Positions 55,801 to 64,000 of a stretch of DNA of 64,000 nt are shown piece after piece. Source of the stretch: Oikopleura dioica (taxonomy: Eukaryota; Animalia; Chordata); NCBI GenBank assembly GCA_907165135.1, contig OU015569.1, positions 6,448,001 to 6,512,000 on the forward strand. The letters run 5' to 3'. The position numbers and the translations under genes are program-made. Each line of letters opens with the position of its first letter. The first letter of the stretch is position 1. Below the pieces are notes generated by a model. The model had not been told where the DNA came from, searched no databases, and worked only from the letters and a program-made list of their open reading frames with translations.

Positions 55801-58800
55801 GCTCAAATGTCGCTCAAATGTCGCTCAGATTTCGCTCAAACCTCGCTCAAATCTCGCTCAAGCGTCGCTCGCTCAGTCGCTCCGCTCGCTCAGCCGATAT
55901 TTGAAAAATCTCGCTCAGCCACTCGCTCGCTCAGCCTTCGCTCAAACGTCGCTCGCTCATCGCTCGCTCAAATTCAGAAATTTTTGGCCAAATTTGGAAC
56001 CCTGGCAGTAGTATCTATCAAGTGATCTATCGTCCCGTGTATCCATTTCTGGAGCACTTGCATTTTCTGATCATCAGCACTTTTCTCTGTAATTGTAAAC
56101 TCCGAACCCTCCTGTCGAGAAATCGCCGCCACCACGTGCTGTAATTCAAGCGTTCGTCTATCGGCTGGCATCATCCGCAGTCTAATTGTGATTTGATTGC
56201 GCTTCAAATATTTCCACACCACTCCAATTACCACTTTTTAGGTTGAAAATAGCAATCGACAAGTTCGACTTATTTATAGAACAAGGTAAATGCTGTTTTT
56301 CAAATGGAACTAATAATCAACCCTTTCCTGGGTGTTTCTCTTTCCGCAAAAGGTCCAGCGCATTATTCTCGCCACAACGATCCAAAATATCAAAAATACG
56401 CTTCAGCATATTTGACAGATCTCCGAGTTCTTCTTGCGTTTGGCAAAATTCCATCTTTGTCGTGACTAGTTTAGTCAATAACTCCAGTTTTTTTAACTGC
56501 TCGGCGCTGAATTTCGCCTTCTCGCGCCCGGAAGAAAATAAATATATAAGTAAGTCCAACGCATCGCTGTAAGTAGTGAAACGGCTTGTTAGATTCAACT
56601 CAAAGATCTTTTTAATCAAAGGCCAAAGCTCTACATTCCCAGTGTCTCCTTTGTACAATCTCTTGCGAAGCTCCTTTATCAAGCTATGCACTATTCTTTC
56701 GTCGTCGAAGTTCTCATCTATTGCTGAGAGAATATCGCTTGCCTCTGCTGAGTGGAAGGCGCATTCCGCAGACATATTGGCAAGCTCATCCAAAATAAGA
56801 TAATTATTTTGACTCGCTACTTCTTCGCTTCGCATAGCATTGAAGAATTCATCGCCAAGTTCAAATGCCTTCAACGCTTTTCTTTCCCCAATCGAGTTCG
56901 AGTGAGTAAGCACTTTATACGCGGTTTGTAGGCCTTCAGAGGTGAAACTCAAGCGTTCTTTAAATAGTTCTAGTTTCTTATTCGTGGATAAAAATGTGAG
57001 GGGAAGCATGCGCGCCAGTTTTTCATTTTCGGAGTCAATAATCGCTGTCGAAACTCGCTCAAGAATCGGTAGAGAGGCTGCAAAGATCTCCGTTACGAGC
57101 AAAGCGAAGTCCATTTCCATCAGGCGAATAACAAGCTGGGTAGCGTTCTTCGGACAAAACTCAAATACTTCTGGGACTAAGCGAAGTAGGATTTCTTGAG
57201 AATACGGCGACATTTGAGTCTTGTTTGTTTCGAAGAAAAGCTGAAGTCTCTTCGTGTGCTTTTTGACGTTTAGTTCGTGGATTACTGCCCATTCTAGTCG
57301 CAAAATAAGGAGCTCAGCCATTGCTTGGACACCTGCTTTTGGAAGTAAATGCTCCTCAATTGATTTGAGTTTTTCGCAGCAATTTTCGCTAGGAGTAAAA
57401 AATTAATGAAAAAATAATGGTCAGCTTTTCAAAAGAAAGCCTAATGCTATCGGGCGTCTTTTCCTCAGATATTGTTTTTTAACTCACCTTAGAAACTTTA
57501 CTTCATACTCGTGCTCACACAGGAACATTCGCCTTGCCTTTTCCACTTTCCAGTATTTTGCCGCAAGTTCGACCCAAAAGGAACCAGATCGAATATGATA
57601 CTGTTCAAGGATAGAAAGTATATTTGCGAGGATGCACGTAAGATCTCGCTCGTCCTGCTCCGCTATCGTCAGTCCATTGATATCGAGGCATTCGAGCTCG
57701 TAGCAAATCACAGTAATGATTATATTGAGGATATTGTAGATTTTCCTCTCGTTCTCGGGCGATTTAAAAATATTTAGAGCCGTCCTGGTGAGATACTCCA
57801 AGTCAGCGATAAGCGCGGACGGAAGCCATTGGCGAGTAAGCGCTTTGAAAGGTTGCTCGAAAAGCGCGCTCAAATTGTCACAATCATCCTCGAAATTTAC
57901 GCTAAACACCATCCCGAAGAGTCTTTTCGATGACTGTGTCTTGTTGTAGAAGGCGCAGACCCGCGTCATCACAGAAATCAGGTCCCCCTTTCTCCAGCGA
58001 GTCCAAAGGATTGGATTGAGGGGTTGCAAGATCGCCGAGTCCATATCCGCCACGAGATTGACGAGATCTTCGAGCTCGATTAGATCGACCTCCTCATTGA
58101 CGATCAGTGCATGAAGTGAGTTCTTGATGAAGCGGCCGATGTAAGATTGACGATTCCCTTTCACATGGAATCGAAATCTGTCGACAACGCTCACAAACGT
58201 CCCGAGAAGCTGACAATGCGCAGTCGTTAGTCTTTACAAAACGCTCACAAAATATAATTTACCGCTGAAGATATTCTCTTGCCAAAAGTTGACAATATTA
58301 TGATAGATATATGTTATTGTGACGATTTCCTTGATGGATCTGGAACGATTTCGGAAGCGAACGAGCAGGAAACAAGTATCTTTAAATAGGGCCCCGTCAT
58401 CAACGACCTGCCGTACGTGGTCAGTGATTCCATCAGTACACGAGCATGCTCTGGCCGATCGCCAATTTCCCTTAGCTTCGACCAAAGCTTAGGTGGCTCT
58501 AGCTTCACCTTCTTTTCTTCCGGCTGGTCTTCACGGTCGTCCTCCTTCCCCTTATACGATCGGAACATACTCGGTGGAAAGACTGTGACCTTGAGAAATT
58601 CGCGCAAAAGTTTCTCCAGCTCGATATCTTTCGCTTTTTTGGCCGCAATGACCGCATCTAAGACAGCTGAGAGCTCTTTCTCTACCACCCAGTCGGCGCT
58701 CGTTGCCCTGAAAGAAGAGCTACTCAAAGAGAACCGAGCCAACTACGAATGCGTGCGAGAGTGTACCTAAATCTGCTATTTGCACTGGTGAGCATAAGAA

Positions 58801-58909
58801 TGACAGAGTTTCTCTGCTTCTCGTGATTTTTAAGTTTCTCGACATTCTCAGCGAGTCCTATCAATTTAATCGCCTCCAGAATCGCGCGCCAATTAGCCGA
58901 CGCCGCCAT
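52876..58909 (-). CDS. Large alpha-helical (ARM/HEAT-like) protein, possibly URB2/Npa2-like; one exon interrupted by a hAT element
   Basis: Chain of Leu-rich helical exons (58724-58909, 58314-58742, 57484-58194, 56317-57321, 55974-56234, 53181-53561, 52929-53123). The C-terminus weakly resembles URB2, so the family call is tentative. Confidence 0.6.
54121..54560 (+). repeat. Three direct repeats with an identical 37-bp core
   Basis: GGCGTGTTAGGTCGTTGGGTTTTCCCCGCCGTCTACA at about 54123, 54282 and 54510. The flanks are also partly similar. Confidence 0.85.
54648..55568. mobile_element. Foldback-like element nested in the hAT
   Basis: Long modular inverted repeats (GGCTACTCCTGCATTTC / GAAATGCGGGAGCAGCC) built from AATCCCGCATTTCTC units, around a 21-bp-period minisatellite that is itself in inverted orientation. 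No TSD identified. Confidence 0.65.
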
Positions 58910-59038
58910 TCTAATATTTTTATTTCAGTTTTTGCAGTCAGTGAGTGTGTTCAAAAGAAAAAAAACTCTCCCAAACGAAAATGAATTCGCAGAAAGCTTT
59001 CTTTCTCGTATATTTCAGATTTTGAAATTTATAAAAGT

Positions 59039-60046
59039 CTAAACAGTATGTCTAGCCGCCAGAGTCGATCCTTTTCTTGTTATCGCGTCCTTGTGCACAT
59101 TGTACTTGACCTAGAATTTGATTTTCAGTGTCTTGAAGCGCAATAACCGAGGTACCTTGAGACCATCAGGAATATTGAGCTTTCTCTTAAACTGTCTTCC
59201 AAGCGATACAGCTACTGTCGGTTCTGGAATCTCCGCTGTCCATAGCTGAAGACGATCGACCCTCTTTCGAATTTGAACTACAGCTCCGTTAATGTACTCT
59301 CCGCCTTCTTCGAACCCTTCGCCTAACAAAATCAAACAATAAGAAGTGCAAGAAACTCGAAATCTCACCGATGCATCCAAGGAGAGTCTCGAGCCAACTG
59401 CCATCAACATTACACCTAAATTTCTTGTCGGTTTCCAACACCCATTTGCCTCCGTCTTCATTCTTGCTATCCTCCCACTTGGGGGCGATGCCTGCTTTGA
59501 AAATCATGTAGTCCGAGCCAACCGAAAGCTTGGACGGCTTTGTCAGTGTTTTTAAACTGTATTTAGAATCGTTGATATTTAAGAATTGCCGATAGAAATA
59601 TCAAAAATGAAAAACACCCGCCAATGTCACATGATGATAGCAAGCCCAAAAGTCCTCGACAGTTTGGAAAGTCATCACTTTCGTCATTCTTTCTTCCCAC
59701 TCCTTGCTCTTGTCTGACGAGAGGTACCAGAAGTCCCAAGCAGACTCTACAAGAAGATGGTTAAAACTGTATTCGAAGTAGATAACATGGAAATTCTCTA
59801 CAATCAGTTAAAATTCCATAACAATGATCCGGCTTTCTCTTTTTAGTTCCACATCAAGGCTGGAATTCTCCTGAGAAAAAAGAGTTTACCTAGTGGGTGG
59901 AGATTCTGTTCATTTGTTGCGGCGTCGCCATCTCCATTGACCTGGGCAGATGATTCTTGCGCCGCTTCCCCGTTTTCAATTTCTTCTTCGCCTTCCTGTT
60001 TGGGCACTTCCTCGACGACTTCGTTGCTGGTAGCAGTGTCAGACAT
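59039..60046 (-). CDS. EIF4E: Eukaryotic translation initiation factor 4E (class I)
   Basis: HPLESAWDFW, TFQTVEDFW, SDYMIFKAGIAPKWED..N.DGGKW, WLETLLGCIGEGF, GAVVQIRKRVDRLQLWT. Confidence 0.93.
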
Positions 60047-60346
60047 TGCTATCTTATTTTCTTAAACTAACAATATTAATTGATACTTTCAATTAATATT
60101 TTTTTTTTCACTTGAGGGAGTCCAGTTTCGGAGCTGTTATGATTTATTCTATATCGCAGATAGGTGAATAGGTGTATTAGTAACTATCTCTTTAAATGAC
60201 TCAACGTGTCATTAAAAATAAGTTACTCGTCGAGTAATAAATTCGCCTTCGAGGAATTTCAAGGCGAGAAATTTCAATCCGTCGTTTTCATAATTCTCAT
60301 AACTAACTACTCTCAAAAAACTAATTTGATTATTCACGACTGGTAC

Positions 60347-60703
60347 TTATTTTTTATACAGTTCGTTTAAAGGAATTATGTGATTTATACAGGCTTTATT
60401 ACTGACCTTGTTATTGCAGCTACTTGGTCGTGGGGTGTCTGTTGGTTGAGGTGGCGTTGGATAATCGAGGAGGGCGATGTTCTCTTCTGGGTCGAGGTTT
60501 CCTTCTCTCGCGCTTTTCCCGGTGCGGTTGGTCTCGCTCGCGTTTTCAAAGCTCGGCGATCCGCCCCGCTCATTGGTCGCCCGCCACTCCACCTGCAGCT
60601 CTCCCACTTTCAATCTCGACTCTGCCGTTTCTCTGTCTGCCAACTGTCCGTTTTCTTGTTTTTTTTTGTTCGAAAGAGAAGAGACGGACCCAACTATCAT
60701 CAT
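60347..60703 (-). CDS. Possible short ORF or exon of unknown function
   Basis: 118-aa polar ORF divergent from the next gene. No recognisable motif. Confidence 0.25.
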   Translation of the reverse strand: MMIVGSVSSLSNKKKQENGQLADRETAESRLKVGELQVEWRATNERGGSPSFENASETNRTGKSAREGNLDPEENIALLDYPTPPQPTDTPRPSSCNNKVSNKACINHIIPLNELYKK

Positions 60704-60747
60704 CTTCTACTTTGTTGCCTAACCGTGTTAAAAAGAAATAAATAGAA

Positions 60748-62023
60748 TGACGAGTGTGATTGACGAGACCCATTGCCGGAGAACCGTCGAGGAGTTATGG
60801 GTAAGCAGCGATTATTCTGACGCAATGATTTCGATTTTGTTACGTTAGCCTAATGAGTGATCACGCGTTTCAGACTGCGGTGAAGGACTATCAACGAGAG
60901 TCGCAGGAACTAGCCAGGAACCTAGTGACGATGGCGATCGAAGAATCTAACCTGCCGACGATGGCGCAGTTAGGACTCGACGTTCCAGACGGAAAGCGGA
61001 AACTGTCAAGACGACGCGAAAAGACGAAAACAGAACCCAAGAAAAGTAGCTCCAACTGTGAGTGCCCAGTGGATGAAGAGTACCAGATACCCTTTGCGTG
61101 CACCGACAGAAACAGCCCACCAACGACTCCACCGCCCGCCTTTTCGAGTAGCCCCCGCGTGGCAAAGAATTCAGGCAGAGGTTCCAGCGCATTTTCAATT
61201 GTTCTGTAGAGTCGAATATCTTTTGAACCCTAAAACAGAATACATTGTCCTCGACGAATACCGCTGCACAGACAAGATCGACGGGGCGGAGAAAAGCAAA
61301 CACCAAAAAGTACAAAAGGAAAACTCGCGAACGAAGATCACTAGCTTCGAACAGATGTCAAATATGAGCTGCAACGTAGAAAATGGACGGCCGCTGTTGA
61401 CCTATCGCGACGGCAGCACTGGATGCGACATCAAACGCTTTGAAAAGGAACTCGCGTACGAGAAACGCCGCTTCGAGAGCCACTGGAAGCGAGTTATACA
61501 GAAAGGCGAGCAGAAGATCTCCATGTTGGAGGCGGAACGACGGAGAATGGAGAAGGAAGCGCGTGAACGATCGCAGAGCAAATATAGCGAATGCTCGGAC
61601 GATTCGACGAACACTGATCCAAATGCGAGTGAAGTCTCGCTGACCGACACTCTCAGTGGGTCCGCTCACTCGTCCTTATGGGTTAGCTTTCCTCTTGCGT
61701 TTCCCTTCAACAGTGAAATTTAGTCGGAGGACACCGATTTCGATGATTTCGACGTCTGCCGAATCTGCGCCGAAGAATGCATAAGCGTTGAATTCGCAAC
61801 GCTTGGAATTTGCAAAATCTGCTTCCAGATTACTTTTCCGAACGTCAAGTGGTAACTGTCATTTTTATTCTGTAAGCTGTTTTTTAATTTTCGCTTTCTA
61901 ATAAGTTTGTTAAGTTCATTTTCACTTATCAGCAAAATTTTCACGCGAGCAAGTAAAGATCCAGTACTGAAACGGCGAAAAAGAAAACACACGAACCTAT
62001 CACACCATGACTTCTCCCACTGA
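60748..62023 (+). CDS. Uncharacterised protein with a coiled coil and C-terminal CxxC...CxxC zinc-finger-like motif
   Basis: Exons in ORFs 60853-61209 and 61058-61723, then CRICAEEC..CKIC. The last exon ends at TGA 62021-23. Confidence 0.5.
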
Positions 62024-62533
62024 TACGTCGACGGAAAAATTCACTCTATTTATTACCACTATTATCGATGATGCTCTCTACTTGTCCGTACCCACTGCCT
62101 TTAACATTGATGAAACTGATAAAAAGGAGAATAAATTGCCGCGGCCTGATCCGCCAAGTCACGACCAAATAAAAGTCTTTTACTCGCACTGAATTTTCTC
62201 TTCGGCAAAGTCAAGCGTGTTATCAGCAGGACAGAAAAGTTCTGATCTCTTGAGAACATTATGCTGCGAATAAAAATATTTTCAAAATGAAAAGGATGTT
62301 CGGCAAATATAGTTCGGTAGAAAACGCGAGATTCTCATAAGAGGAAAATTTCATTTCATTTTGCTCTCTTGGGCGGAGCAGCTGCGATTGGACGCGGCAC
62401 GCTGCCTCCACCACCACAGCACCAATAACATTTCATTTTTGTATTCTTTGGAAAGGAAAGCATCGTTCTTGCATCTCATCGAAAATGAAGCAGTACGAGA
62501 ATGGATAAGAAGATATGAGCACTGTACAGAGAT

Positions 62534-63818
62534 ATGTTTCGATTCCTGAATGTTCAAGTCTGCCGAGGCCTTTTTCTTCTTATCCTGACTACGATAGTTT
62601 TTTACACTTTCACAGGTAGGTTTCTTTTTTTACGTAATTATATCCTCGCAGGAATCCCGCTTAATCAAGCTCAAAAAATAATTGAACAGAGAAAAAAATT
62701 AATTTAAAACGTCTGTATGCAAAGTGTGAGCCATTTGTCTCCTATTAGAAAGTAATTGAAGCTTGCAAATACTTTGTTTTTGCGTCGTTGCATTCAATTC
62801 CCTATTTATGGACTGTTGGGTTTGCCACTGTAAACAGCCAAATTTCAGAACGACCTACAGTTGAAAACATTCCTCAAAGCGGCGCTGAGAACGGCCTGTC
62901 CGCCTCAGTGCCGAGACGAGGAGCTCCACCACCTCCGCCGAGCGACGCTCGCGACTGTACATTCGATCTTCCAAAGAATTTAATCATTCACCCGATCCGA
63001 GACGAGCTGGAGGGTTTACTCCTCAATCTCTTCTATCGAATCGGTCTTTACGAGGATGCTCAGTTTTTGCTACCAAAGGTTCGCAACAGCTTGGAATGCC
63101 CGGACTTATTTTCTTTTGAATAGACGGTATCAGATTTCAACGAGGCCGAAGAAAGCGATTTGCGAATAATTTTCTGCTTCGAGTCTTGTAGTTTTCTCTT
63201 CAACTCAGATGTTATTCCGCGTTTCACTGTTACAGCTCTATCTAACCCGCTTCTGTCATCCACGTCATCTTCTACTCCGAACCCGATCGCCAAGGCCTTT
63301 GACTTTGACCCGAGCAACACAGATGAAGGATACATCCAGTCAGTGGTAGTCATCCTCAAATCGAGGCTAGACTTCGTCATAATCCGGTATCTTTGACAGT
63401 ATCACTCTGATCTTAACTCTACTTTTCAAGCGAGCATTTGTTAGAGAGCTTGATTTACCTCCGTCACAAGTTGTGTCTCGATTGGGAAGATGTGCTCAAT
63501 CTGGACAAAGTTCCCCTCTTGAAAAGCTTGAAGACACAAGAAGTCGAGCAGACGAATACTGTGAGGCACTTACCAAAAATAAGAATCTATATTTTTTAGC
63601 TTGACTGGAGAATCTACAACTATTTTAACGAAACTCTCTGGGACTTATTGGATTCTGAAATACGCGATTTGGAAAAGGAACGCGATGCTTTTCTCTTTCA
63701 TCTGAATCGAATGAATTCTGTCTGCTCGAATCTCGCTTTGGCCAGCTCAAGCGACAAGGACTTTTGCGACGAGCTCAGCCTCACTGGTGAGAATATTCTT
63801 CGTTTGTTAACTAACTGA
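62534..63818 (+). CDS. Galactose-3-O-sulfotransferase (GAL3ST)-like type II membrane protein with degenerate PAPS motifs
   Basis: Signal-anchor GLFLLILTTIVFYTF, LLLNLFYRIG, LESLIYLRHKLCLDWEDV and NTLDWRIYNYFNETLW, matching the GAL3ST fold. Confidence 0.75.
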
Positions 63819-64000
63819 TTCGACAATACTTTTTTACCTGAATATAAATATTTTGCACCTATCAATAATAACGTATATAAATTATATAAAATAGAATGTA
63901 ACAATCAATTCTCTTTTAACGTGTCAATTTATTGAAGGCAAAGTAAGATACATAACTGGCGTTAGGACAATTACTCATTCTAAACAGAGAATGCAGGTGC

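Larger units (their letters stand above)
53684..56004. mobile_element. Non-autonomous hAT-family DNA transposon (2321 bp), composite
   Basis: 8-bp TSD GCAGTAGT at 53676-83 and 56005-12. TIRs CAGGGTTCCAA...TTGGAACCCTG. About 250-bp inverted subterminal arrays of GCTC/GAGC units. No transposase ORF. Confidence 0.92.

Overview
Compact animal genomic DNA. Genes are tightly packed, most introns are about 40-60 nt, several introns need GA or GC donors, and some same-strand genes are only about 20 nt apart. This pattern is most consistent with a larvacean tunicate such as Oikopleura dioica (inference). The window opens inside a Ty3/gypsy LTR retrotransposon whose 3' LTR abuts an ALDH9-like coding exon. 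About 25 host genes follow: a GPI-type orphan, MZB1-like, WSCD-like sulfotransferase, a TSP1-repeat protein, WRN-like RecQ with a nested E2-like gene, an HMG-like mitochondrial protein, SMC5, a BIR protein, LHX3, STK33, arylsulfatase, GOSR2, a KIF1C/KIF1B-alpha-like kinesin, a large ARM-like protein, eIF4E and a GAL3ST-like gene. Two more transposons (a MULE-type MITE and a composite non-autonomous hAT) have intact target-site duplications and sit in coding exons. The most notable candidate is one ORF that appears to fuse a survivin-type BIR domain lacking the canonical zinc ligands to a borealin-like helix. All exon models and alignments were made by eye from the sequence and remembered family motifs. 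No database searches were run.
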